A stretch of 64,000 nucleotides of DNA from assembly GCA_965601925.1 (NCBI GenBank), contig OZ271854.1, positions 2,176,001 through 2,240,000 of the forward strand. The letters are read 5' to 3'. This DNA comes from Alkalispirochaeta sp. (GTDB lineage Bacteria; Spirochaetota; Spirochaetia; DSM-27196; Alkalispirochaetaceae). A program made the translations under genes and the position numbers. Shown one piece after another: positions 9,135-17,961 of this stretch (position 1 is the first letter of the stretch; every line of letters begins with the position of its first letter). Under the pieces are notes generated by a model. That model worked only from the letters and a program-made list of their open reading frames with translations, was not told the DNA's origin and searched no databases.

Positions 9135-10796
9135 GAGACTGTCGCACAACGCAGTCGTGGTCTGCTAGCATCGTGCCTGGGAGGAGCCAATGCCGAACTA
9201 CCGAGGAAACGAGGGGCAGGATCTCATGATTCCGGTGTGCCTGGATGATCAGCTGGTGCCGGGTACCATCGAACACGCCATCACCTGGATCGTCGACCAC
9301 GAGATCGATACGTCGGTGTTCGATGCAGCCTATCACAACGACCACGGCGGTCGCCCGGCCTGTGATCCGGCCGCGCTGGTGAAGATCATCTTGTTCGCCT
9401 ACTCCCGGGGCATCCTCTCCTCACGGAAGATCGAGGAAGCCTGCCGGACCAACATCGTGTTCATGGCCCTCAGTGGTGATATCCGGCCCGACCACGCCAC
9501 GATCGCCCGGTTCGTTACCGGCCATCCCGCGGCGGTTCGTCGTGTGTTCCGGGATGTGCTGATGATTGCGGCACAGGGCGATCTGATCGGTGGGGACGTG
9601 TTTGCACTGGACGGCTGCAAGATCAGCTCGAACGCCGCCCGAGAGCACGCGGGGACGCGACGGGAACTGGAGAAGAAGAGAGCGAAGCTTGAAGCACGTC
9701 TTGAGGCGATACTGCTCACTCATCGCGGCGCAGATGAGGCATGCACCTCCGATAACGACGATCAACAGGGCAGACCCGGTTCAGGGACAGCTGATCGCTA
9801 CCGGGCGCAGATCGACCGCATCAAAGGATTCCTCGACGCCCATCCACCCCGCACCGGCACCAGCGGACGCGAGGTGAAATCCAACATCACCGACAATCAG
9901 AGTGCCACACTGAAAACCGGGAGTGGCTACATCCAGGGCTATAACGCGCTGGCGATGGTGGATGCGAAGCACCAGATCGTGCTACACGCTGAACCGGTCG
10001 GTCAGATCCATGAGGCACCGCTGCTGCCACGGATGGTGCGCCGGTCACTGCATACACTGCGCAGGTTCGCACATCCCCAGGCCTGCACACCGACCATCCT
10101 CGCTGATACCAACTATTTCACCGAATCCAACGCCCGGTTCCTGATCGACTCTGATCTCGACGGCTATATCCCCGACCATCAGTTCCGGAATCGGGACATG
10201 CGATTCGCGGATCGGAGTCGATCGCGCCGGGCGGCACACCGGCGCTTCACCCAAGCCGATTTCCTCTACCAGAGCGACACCGACAGCTATCGTTGTCCGG
10301 CCGGCAAGACGTTGCGACGGCGCACCCGGGAGGTGGTTGCCGGGCGTCGTGGTACGCGCTATGAAGCGAAGCAATCAGACTGCAGTGCATGCGATCTCAC
10401 CTCCCGCTGTCTGATCCGTACTGCAACCCGGCGTAGACTCTTCCGCGGTGACGGTCCAGCCGGGACCTATGCCCAACAGATGCGTGATCGGATCGACACC
10501 GAACGGGGTCGACGGATGTACGCCAGACGCATGGGTATCGTGGAGCCGGTCTTTGCGAACATCACCGCCACCAAGGGCATGCGACGATTCACGCTCCGAG
10601 GCCGGGCGAAGGTCCGCATTCAATGGCTCCTGTACACGCTGGTGCACAACATCGAAAAGATCGCCACCACCGGGCTGATTCATCGGTTAGTCGGAGTTTG
10701 ATCCGGGTGGGTGGCGGGTTGAAGAATGCCTGGCCACGATCACTGGCCGTGAACTACTCGCTCCGCGTGGGTTCCCACGCGTTGTGCGACAGCCTC
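9135..10796 (+). mobile_element. IS1182-family element, copy 1 (1662 bp)
   Basis: IRs GAGACTGTCGCACAACGC / GCGTTGTGCGACAGCCTC (17/18); flanking GTT duplication. Confidence 0.95.
9190..10701 (+). CDS. IS1182-family DDE transposase
   Basis: SSRKIEEAC, PDHATIARF, LDGCKI, QGYN, CPAG, VEPVFANI. Confidence 0.95.
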   Translation: MPNYRGNEGQDLMIPVCLDDQLVPGTIEHAITWIVDHEIDTSVFDAAYHNDHGGRPACDPAALVKIILFAYSRGILSSRKIEEACRTNIVFMALSGDIRPDHATIARFVTGHPAAVRRVFRDVLMIAAQGDLIGGDVFALDGCKISSNAAREHAGTRRELEKKRAKLEARLEAILLTHRGADEACTSDNDDQQGRPGSGTADRYRAQIDRIKGFLDAHPPRTGTSGREVKSNITDNQSATLKTGSGYIQGYNALAMVDAKHQIVLHAEPVGQIHEAPLLPRMVRRSLHTLRRFAHPQACTPTILADTNYFTESNARFLIDSDLDGYIPDHQFRNRDMRFADRSRSRRAAHRRFTQADFLYQSDTDSYRCPAGKTLRRRTREVVAGRRGTRYEAKQSDCSACDLTSRCLIRTATRRRLFRGDGPAGTYAQQMRDRIDTERGRRMYARRMGIVEPVFANITATKGMRRFTLRGRAKVRIQWLLYTLVHNIEKIATTGLIHRLVGV

Positions 10797-10850
10797 GTTA
10801 CATTGCGACCTGCTTACCAGTATACGAGGAGATTTCCTGTTCTTCTTCTC

Positions 10851-10895
10851 TTTTTCACCGAGTGGCTGAAGCACCACGGTCAACCACCCGGTAAT
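10851..10895. repeat. Conserved hairpin downstream of the 88-aa ORF (copy A)
   Basis: accgagtggctg...caaccacccggt, shared with 22466-22510. Confidence 0.65.
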
Positions 10896-10916
10896 GATTA
10901 TTGGAATGGGGCCTTT

Positions 10917-11183
10917 CTATGAGGCCTTTTCTTGGCGGTGCGTCTGCTTGCCGGCGCGCGCCGCCACTTTGAAGATACATCCGTCGCACTGACCCTTTGT
11001 GCTTTTGCACCTGCAAGCGACGCATACGTCATAGAGATCATAATCATCAATCGCATCGAGGATGAGGCGATTCAGTGTCCTTGTCATTGGCTCATTCTTG
11101 AACCACGCCATTCGCCTGAGAGCAAACACCGCATCGCGGCTCACCTTGGGGACATACGTACCGGCAGTTTTTGTTGTGTGCAT
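10917..11183 (-). CDS. 88-aa hypothetical RHH-like protein with C-terminal Cys cluster (copy A)
   Basis: GGAGG RBS before ATG 11183; YVPKVSRDAVFALRRMAW...PMTRTL; CxxCxC...CxxC; close paralogue at 22529. Confidence 0.8.
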   Translation of the reverse strand: MHTTKTAGTYVPKVSRDAVFALRRMAWFKNEPMTRTLNRLILDAIDDYDLYDVCVACRCKSTKGQCDGCIFKVAARAGKQTHRQEKAS

Positions 11184-11209
11184 TTTCTGCACCTCCATAA
11201 TGAGATGTA

Positions 11210-11385
11210 TGCGAGACAACTCTCGCACCGGAGGTGCGACACGAATCCTCGTTTTCCTGTGTCAAGGTCGAACGCAGAGAGCCCGAAGGGCTTGGCCTTT
11301 ACACAGGGAAACGAGGACGTAGAATGAAAAAACTGCGGGAGGAAATCCTGGTTTAGGCAATTACGCGAAATAGGCCGATTCGGTT
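11210..11385. promoter_or_regulatory. Conserved hairpin/promoter element, copy 2
   Basis: Stem 11247-11316 with compensatory change; TGTCAA in left arm; TTTACA(11298)-16-TAGAAT(11320) in right arm. Confidence 0.8.
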
Positions 11386-11413
11386 TTTGCTTGTGCCGCC
11401 CATCGATGCGTTA

Positions 11414-11812
11414 CTATTTCGCCCAGTTTTCGATATCCAGGCCGTTTATTCGCTCGAAGTGTTTTTGATTGTTCGTTACCAATATCAAATTGTGAGTGAG
11501 CGCCGTTGCAGCGATCAGCAGATCCATATCGGCGACAATATTTCCTTGCTTCTCTAATGACGTTTTGATTTCTCCGAATGTCTCAACCACGGCGGGGGTG
11601 ATGTCTATGATCGGAAACAATTCAGCAATCCGGTATGCTCGAGCAAGATTCTTTTCGACTGCCTTCGATTTCTTAGCTCCGTACACAAGTTCGCCATACG
11701 TGATGACCGATAACGATTTTGGCGAGTTCCGGTATTCATGGAAATTCTGCTTCACTCGTTCATCGCCTTTCAGGCTATAAATGACGATGTCGGTATCGAT
11801 CAAATAGTTCAT
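11414..11812 (-). CDS. vapC: VapC PIN-domain toxin
   Basis: YLIDTDIVI...GELVYG...DLLIAATAL...VTNNQKHFERI. Confidence 0.95.
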   Translation of the reverse strand: MNYLIDTDIVIYSLKGDERVKQNFHEYRNSPKSLSVITYGELVYGAKKSKAVEKNLARAYRIAELFPIIDITPAVVETFGEIKTSLEKQGNIVADMDLLIAATALTHNLILVTNNQKHFERINGLDIENWAK

Positions 11813-12074
11813 TTGTATTTGTAAATCGCGCTGATTCAGTTCGTCCGTTTCGAATGGATTTCACAATATCTTCGGCCGATCGATCATCTTCCCAACTTCC
11901 AGATAGTTTCAGAAATTCATCAGTTGGATTGATATCGAAGGCGCGAGGGAGGGACAGATATTTTTCCAGGATATGGACGACTTCTTGACTGATTGAACGT
12001 CGTTCTTTTGATGCGCGAACGCGCAACGATTCATAGAGTTTTTCGTCGATATCACGTACTTGCAAATTGGCCAT
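11775..12074 (-). CDS. FitA/Arc-like RHH antitoxin
   Basis: MANLQVRDIDEKLYESLRVRASKERRSISQEV; upstream of vapC. Confidence 0.88.
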   Translation of the reverse strand: MANLQVRDIDEKLYESLRVRASKERRSISQEVVHILEKYLSLPRAFDINPTDEFLKLSGSWEDDRSAEDIVKSIRNGRTESARFTNTNELFDRYRHRHL

Positions 12075-12240
12075 AGGTTCTTCTCCGAGTCTCAGTATAC
12101 ATCCATTCATGAATTATGTGTAGATTTGCATGATTCCCATCGTGTGGTCTGGGAATTACGATTAAAGCATTCTCGCACCAGCATTTTGATCTGGTAGAGG
12201 CTATTTCTTGGTGATTTGCGCTTAGGCTCCGCCGGGCGCA

Positions 12241-12362
12241 ATGTAACACCGAGCTGACCTGCAAGATGCGGCCCGGAGTCGCGAAGTGACGGAGGGATTG
12301 GCGCGTGCCTTGCGCATCGCAAGGCGCGTGACAAAGCAGATTGACTGGTCCAGCGTTATGTT
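12241..12362 (-). repeat. attC site, long family, IS1182 inserted at R''
   Basis: Identical to 9013-9134. Confidence 0.9.
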
Positions 12363-14024
12363 GAGACTGTCGCACAACGCAGTCGTGGTCTGCTAGCATC
12401 GTGCCTGGGAGGAGCCAATGCCGAACTACCGAGGAAACGAGGGGCAGGATCTCATGATTCCGGTGTGCCTGGATGATCAGCTGGTGCCGGGTACCATCGA
12501 ACACGCCATCACCTGGATCGTCGACCACGAGATCGATACGTCGGTGTTCGATGCAGCCTATCACAACGACCACGGCGGTCGCCCGGCCTGTGATCCGGCC
12601 GCGCTGGTGAAGATCATCTTGTTCGCCTACTCCCGGGGCATCCTCTCCTCACGGAAGATCGAGGAAGCCTGCCGGACCAACATCGTGTTCATGGCCCTCA
12701 GTGGTGATATCCGGCCCGACCACGCCACGATCGCCCGGTTCGTTACCGGCCATCCCGCGGCGGTTCGTCGTGTGTTCCGGGATGTGCTGATGATTGCGGC
12801 ACAGGGCGATCTGATCGGTGGGGACGTGTTTGCACTGGACGGCTGCAAGATCAGCTCGAACGCCGCCCGAGAGCACGCGGGGACGCGACGGGAACTGGAG
12901 AAGAAGAGAGCGAAGCTTGAAGCACGTCTTGAGGCGATACTGCTCACTCATCGCGGCGCAGATGAGGCATGCACCTCCGATAACGACGATCAACAGGGCA
13001 GACCCGGTTCAGGGACAGCTGATCGCTACCGGGCGCAGATCGACCGCATCAAAGGATTCCTCGACGCCCATCCACCCCGCACCGGCACCAGCGGACGCGA
13101 GGTGAAATCCAACATCACCGACAATCAGAGTGCCACACTGAAAACCGGGAGTGGCTACATCCAGGGCTATAACGCGCTGGCGATGGTGGATGCGAAGCAC
13201 CAGATCGTGCTACACGCTGAACCGGTCGGTCAGATCCATGAGGCACCGCTGCTGCCACGGATGGTGCGCCGGTCACTGCATACACTGCGCAGGTTCGCAC
13301 ATCCCCAGGCCTGCACACCGACCATCCTCGCTGATACCAACTATTTCACCGAATCCAACGCCCGGTTCCTGATCGACTCTGATCTCGACGGCTATATCCC
13401 CGACCATCAGTTCCGGAATCGGGACATGCGATTCGCGGATCGGAGTCGATCGCGCCGGGCGGCACACCGGCGCTTCACCCAAGCCGATTTCCTCTACCAG
13501 AGCGACACCGACAGCTATCGTTGTCCGGCCGGCAAGACGTTGCGACGGCGCACCCGGGAGGTGGTTGCCGGGCGTCGTGGTACGCGCTATGAAGCGAAGC
13601 AATCAGACTGCAGTGCATGCGATCTCACCTCCCGCTGTCTGATCCGTACTGCAACCCGGCGTAGACTCTTCCGCGGTGACGGTCCAGCCGGGACCTATGC
13701 CCAACAGATGCGTGATCGGATCGACACCGAACGGGGTCGACGGATGTACGCCAGACGCATGGGTATCGTGGAGCCGGTCTTTGCGAACATCACCGCCACC
13801 AAGGGCATGCGACGATTCACGCTCCGAGGCCGGGCGAAGGTCCGCATTCAATGGCTCCTGTACACGCTGGTGCACAACATCGAAAAGATCGCCACCACCG
13901 GGCTGATTCATCGGTTAGTCGGAGTTTGATCCGGGTGGGTGGCGGGTTGAAGAATGCCTGGCCACGATCACTGGCCGTGAACTACTCGCTCCGCGTGGGT
14001 TCCCACGCGTTGTGCGACAGCCTC
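12363..14024 (+). mobile_element. IS1182-family element, copy 2
   Basis: Same IRs, length and GTT duplication as copy 1. Confidence 0.95.
12418..13929 (+). CDS. IS1182-family transposase
   Basis: Protein identical to 9190-10701. Confidence 0.95.
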   Translation: MPNYRGNEGQDLMIPVCLDDQLVPGTIEHAITWIVDHEIDTSVFDAAYHNDHGGRPACDPAALVKIILFAYSRGILSSRKIEEACRTNIVFMALSGDIRPDHATIARFVTGHPAAVRRVFRDVLMIAAQGDLIGGDVFALDGCKISSNAAREHAGTRRELEKKRAKLEARLEAILLTHRGADEACTSDNDDQQGRPGSGTADRYRAQIDRIKGFLDAHPPRTGTSGREVKSNITDNQSATLKTGSGYIQGYNALAMVDAKHQIVLHAEPVGQIHEAPLLPRMVRRSLHTLRRFAHPQACTPTILADTNYFTESNARFLIDSDLDGYIPDHQFRNRDMRFADRSRSRRAAHRRFTQADFLYQSDTDSYRCPAGKTLRRRTREVVAGRRGTRYEAKQSDCSACDLTSRCLIRTATRRRLFRGDGPAGTYAQQMRDRIDTERGRRMYARRMGIVEPVFANITATKGMRRFTLRGRAKVRIQWLLYTLVHNIEKIATTGLIHRLVGV

Positions 14025-14039
14025 GTTATATGGCGGGCA

Positions 14040-16031
14040 TTAGGCGCCTTGATACCATTCTGACGGTATTAACTTGCGTCCGGCACGCCATTCCTCAACC
14101 TCATGTATATTCCCTATTTCGCCGTATATGCTTTTATCTGCGTGATCCAGAATGATGGCCTGCCATTCGCCATCACTTTCTGCCACGGCATCGGCAAGTG
14201 TACGGAAAATTTGCCTTACAGCTTGCTCATCATCTTCGTCATCGTATCGAGAATCCTCTTCTTCTACTTCCTCACCGCTCTTTACCTTAGGGAAATAGAC
14301 CTGACTTGGCTGATCAAATACGGCGAAACTCGGTACTACCGACCAGCTTTGCTCTAAAAAAAATTTTTGAAGCGCGCATATCAGAGCTAAATGGAAGGAA
14401 ACCCAGTTTGATGCGCTGCCAATTTCTGACAAATAATGCCAGTTTCTATCGGTACTTATTACCTGCATATTCAAGTCTTTAACGTTCAATGACGGTGGTG
14501 TTTCGCGGTATTTTGCTTCTACGTCTAAAGTTTGAAGATAGTTCAAAATGTATTGCGAAATACGCATTTTAGCCGCAGAGAGACGCCTTTCCACCGCTTT
14601 AGGATCAATAACTTGCAAAAGATGCTCTCGGCGGGCTACAAGAGTTGCAATACGTTCTTCGAGCTCGCCACCGGCTTGAAGCTTTTCAAATGTTTCAACC
14701 GAGGCTTTCAGATGGCCCAAGAACAAAAAAAGAGTTTTTGCCTTTTGAAACTCTTCCTTTGTTTTTTGGTCACGAAGAAACAGCGTGTCATACCGATCTC
14801 TTAGAATTCTTTGCTCCTCGATTAAGCTTTCAAGTTCTTTATTTAAACGTTCTTCTTCTCTGTCGAATGATGTCGGGATTTCCTCAACGCGCTTCGACTC
14901 GGCTTCATATTCCTCGAACACCGAAGCTATTCTTGACATTTCTTCACTACTTCTTGGATGATCATCGCTTCCACATAGAGGGCAGACCTTGGCATCAGAG
15001 GCCAGATCTGTTAGCCAGTTGGAAATATGCAACCTGTCAGAACGTCTTTTTACAGTCACGCTATACTCTGTTAGACTGGTCTTAAGCTGCTTCACGTCGT
15101 CGAGTCGTTTACGTAGCTTTGCCAATCGCTGGCTTAAATCATCCTCTTCCTTGTCTAATTCAATTAGCGCCTGACTCGCTTTTTGAAAATTACTTAACTC
15201 TGCAATTGAATAATTCGGGGCCTCTTGGACTAGTTGTCTTGCGATTAGGATTAGTTCGTCTGGGTCCGAAACATCTCGTGGGTCTCGATCGAGCAAACCA
15301 TATTGTTGGGCTATTCTGAGTTGCCCCTGTAGATTATTCGACCACGATTTTGAGTGAGCTTTCGCTCGTTCAAAATCGCGTTCAAGTGCTTTTAGACGCT
15401 GTTCGAGCTCCTGCAGTTCCTGTCTAGCTTTCAGAACCTCTATATTCTCTGCGCCCAGTATGAAAGGAAGCCAGTTGCGAAGTCGTTCGCGATGTTCATG
15501 AGCATGCGTTTTATAGAATAGGATGTTCTGATTTGCGACTATGTCTTGGCTTTGAAAGACCAACGCAACCAAATCTCGGAAGCCCAAACGTGCTTGATAG
15601 GCTTTTCTTTCGAACTCGCCCTCGAGAGAAAAATATGGCACATTGGAAATTGTGTTTAAGATGTTTTTGACCCCTTCGGGGTTCTCGTTGGCCGTTTCAA
15701 TGACGGGGGGAACTGAAATTTCCTTTGCGCGGGTCACATAGAAATTTGAAGACACCTTATTGTCTTTCGGCACGGCACGAGCGATAAGAATTTGCTCAGA
15801 TTGTGTTTGAAATGCGACACCGTACCAGGAGGCATAGTCGCGTATGACATCAATAGGCACATTACATTCTGTTGAAGCAAGACAGTAATCAATCAGTGGT
15901 ATTATTGCAGATTTTCCTGTTCGAGATGCGCCGGTTATCACGTTCAGCTTTCCTGGTACAAATTCAACAACTCTTGGTGGGAATGTTGAATCGATTGGCC
16001 AAATTAAAACTTTTAACAGTTGGAATTGCAT
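14040..16031 (-). CDS. lmuB: Lamassu LmuB-like SMC/ABC ATPase (DUF3732)
   Basis: Walker A GASRTGKS, coiled coil with CPLC hook, GSASNW signature, FDQPSQVYFP; ATG coupled to upstream TAA. Confidence 0.88.
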   Translation of the reverse strand: MQFQLLKVLIWPIDSTFPPRVVEFVPGKLNVITGASRTGKSAIIPLIDYCLASTECNVPIDVIRDYASWYGVAFQTQSEQILIARAVPKDNKVSSNFYVTRAKEISVPPVIETANENPEGVKNILNTISNVPYFSLEGEFERKAYQARLGFRDLVALVFQSQDIVANQNILFYKTHAHEHRERLRNWLPFILGAENIEVLKARQELQELEQRLKALERDFERAKAHSKSWSNNLQGQLRIAQQYGLLDRDPRDVSDPDELILIARQLVQEAPNYSIAELSNFQKASQALIELDKEEDDLSQRLAKLRKRLDDVKQLKTSLTEYSVTVKRRSDRLHISNWLTDLASDAKVCPLCGSDDHPRSSEEMSRIASVFEEYEAESKRVEEIPTSFDREEERLNKELESLIEEQRILRDRYDTLFLRDQKTKEEFQKAKTLFLFLGHLKASVETFEKLQAGGELEERIATLVARREHLLQVIDPKAVERRLSAAKMRISQYILNYLQTLDVEAKYRETPPSLNVKDLNMQVISTDRNWHYLSEIGSASNWVSFHLALICALQKFFLEQSWSVVPSFAVFDQPSQVYFPKVKSGEEVEEEDSRYDDEDDEQAVRQIFRTLADAVAESDGEWQAIILDHADKSIYGEIGNIHEVEEWRAGRKLIPSEWYQGA

Positions 16032-16534
16032 TACAAGACAACCTTCAGGTATTGTGCCGCCGATGAAACACTTATTTGGGAAAACCATTTGCCGAGAATT
16101 TGTGCTTTTTCCCCATTTTTCATATGCATTTCATTAATTAACCCTCTTTTTATATTCCCATATTCATGAATTCGTGGATAAATCTTTGCGGAATCTTTAT
16201 CCCAAACTATAAGCCCCGACTTTATTGCAATATCAATTGCCGAAATTGTTACGCTTCGCTTCTTTTTTATTCTTTCTTGTAGAGAAACCAGCAAATCGAT
16301 TTCTTTCTTCTGCTCGAAACCTCTTACGTAAGACTGAAGGCTTTTCCGGCGATTATTAACAGAAAGCAAGAAATGATCGGTTGTGAGCAGTGGATACGCC
16401 ATGAAGTGTAATAATGCCACAGGAGCGTCTCCAGTTGAATGATGACTAACGAAACCAACAGTGAAGTTCCAGAGTTGGTATGCTCCTATCACTGGAGAAT
16501 TCCAGTTTCTAACTTCATCTACTAAGCTTTCCAT
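16031..16534 (-). CDS. lmuC: ABC three-component middle component (LmuC-like)
   Basis: NSPVIGAYQLWNF...AQILGKWF; lies between effector and ATPase. Confidence 0.8.
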   Translation of the reverse strand: MESLVDEVRNWNSPVIGAYQLWNFTVGFVSHHSTGDAPVALLHFMAYPLLTTDHFLLSVNNRRKSLQSYVRGFEQKKEIDLLVSLQERIKKKRSVTISAIDIAIKSGLIVWDKDSAKIYPRIHEYGNIKRGLINEMHMKNGEKAQILGKWFSQISVSSAAQYLKVVL

Positions 16535-16546
16535 GTTTTGCTCTCT

Positions 16547-17692
16547 CTATGCTTTTTGAATCAAGTTTTGCCAGCGTGGATGCCAACCCAGGAGTTCGTT
16601 ATCTGCTAATGTATGATACGTCCCCGCAATGGTTGAGCTTGGAGGAGGCATGTTCCTTATTGTTGCTTGATGAGTTGAGCAATCAAGTAGCAACAGTTGT
16701 CCTCGGACTTCTTCGGGTTTGTCTTGTTGAGTTAGAAAAATTCTCTTTTTTGAATGGACCCAGAACTCCGATAACTTGTTCTGAAAATCCACAGCGGAGT
16801 CCTCGTCTATGATTTCATTTTCGATCCACTTTTGACGGTTGACTTTCGCCTTTAGAAACGCAGTGACCGACTCAACAATCTCTTCTTCTGTGCAGTCAAT
16901 TAGTTCTAACTGTTTAATATATGAAGGGCGTAGCTTTAATTGCATTTTTTTCATTTTATCGTCGATAGGATCTATCAAAGTGAAATCTATCAACTCTCTT
17001 TGTCGCACACGATCAAAAAGAACGGATTTCTCTTTGTAAAAATCGTCCCAAGTAATGCAAGCTATTTGGTTTTCAGCGATCATTTCGGTCAGTGTATTGT
17101 GCAACCAGCCAGTAAGATTTTGAACAAGGAAAGGGATTTGGGTTTCAGGTACAAGTATTCGCTTTAGTTCGTCACGTACTTCATCTAAGCCCGCACCGTC
17201 TCCTATTATTAAACTAAATTTCTTAATTATTTCAATAAATAAATTTTCATTATTCAATAAATAGCTATAATATTTCCAAATATTGTGTTCATTATTAATA
17301 TCAGAGAAGCCTTTCTTGATTTCTGAAATAACTTGACGAGCGTCATCGGTATCTTTCGCAGAATTTAGTCTATTAACAAGGGCTGGCTTACCATGATTGT
17401 TGGCGTAGAGAATGAAGCATGTGGTTTCCGTGTCAATATTGCTTTCTTGAACAAGAATTGCCCAGTTATAAAATGTTTTCCAAAGATTTGTAGATCTATC
17501 TGTTAAAGGATTTCCCAGGACTGAGGACTTATCTTCCTCAGAAACCATATCTCCTTCACGAGAAGTTACAGATACATCTCCATTGAACTCAACATATACA
17601 GTTCCACCGGGGCCAGTACGCAATAAGTGAAAAAGTGCTCGAGGAATTTGGATAGAATAGCCCAGAAATTGACCAGATGCATTCGAACTCAT
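16547..17692 (-). CDS. lmuA: Lamassu effector LmuA-like (Cap4-like nuclease plus C-terminal domain)
   Basis: ASGQFLGYSIQ..RAL, E...D...EEDK, NPLTDRSTNLWKT, GTYHTLAD...GWHPRW. Confidence 0.8.
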   Translation of the reverse strand: MSSNASGQFLGYSIQIPRALFHLLRTGPGGTVYVEFNGDVSVTSREGDMVSEEDKSSVLGNPLTDRSTNLWKTFYNWAILVQESNIDTETTCFILYANNHGKPALVNRLNSAKDTDDARQVISEIKKGFSDINNEHNIWKYYSYLLNNENLFIEIIKKFSLIIGDGAGLDEVRDELKRILVPETQIPFLVQNLTGWLHNTLTEMIAENQIACITWDDFYKEKSVLFDRVRQRELIDFTLIDPIDDKMKKMQLKLRPSYIKQLELIDCTEEEIVESVTAFLKAKVNRQKWIENEIIDEDSAVDFQNKLSEFWVHSKKRIFLTQQDKPEEVRGQLLLLDCSTHQATIRNMPPPSSTIAGTYHTLADNELLGWHPRWQNLIQKA

Positions 17693-17844
17693 AAATCTGC
17701 AACCTTAGTAATTCTATGCCAACCTCGTAGATAGTCAAATAGTAATATCGACGTTACAAAACCATCTCGCCAATATTAAACACATCGGGCCAGCGTCATT
17801 GTTTAGCATCCTCCATCGTGAAGAATCTTACCTGCTCTAAAGCC

Positions 17845-17961
17845 ATATAACACCGAGCTGACCTGCAAGATGCGGCCCGGAGCCGTAGGCGGAGGGATTG
17901 GCGCGGTTTTTGCGCACGCAAAAGCCGTGACAAAGCAGATTGACTGGTCCAGCGTTATGTT
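17845..17961 (-). repeat. attC site, long family, IS1182 inserted at R''
   Basis: ATATAAC-accga-GCTGACC...GGTCCAGC-gttat-GTT|IS with variant internal hairpins. Confidence 0.9.

Noticed and set aside
8869..9345. Repeated antisense ORFs (also 12052-12573, 17837-18172) over IS and attC
   Set aside because: Shadow frames of the transposase and attC repeats.
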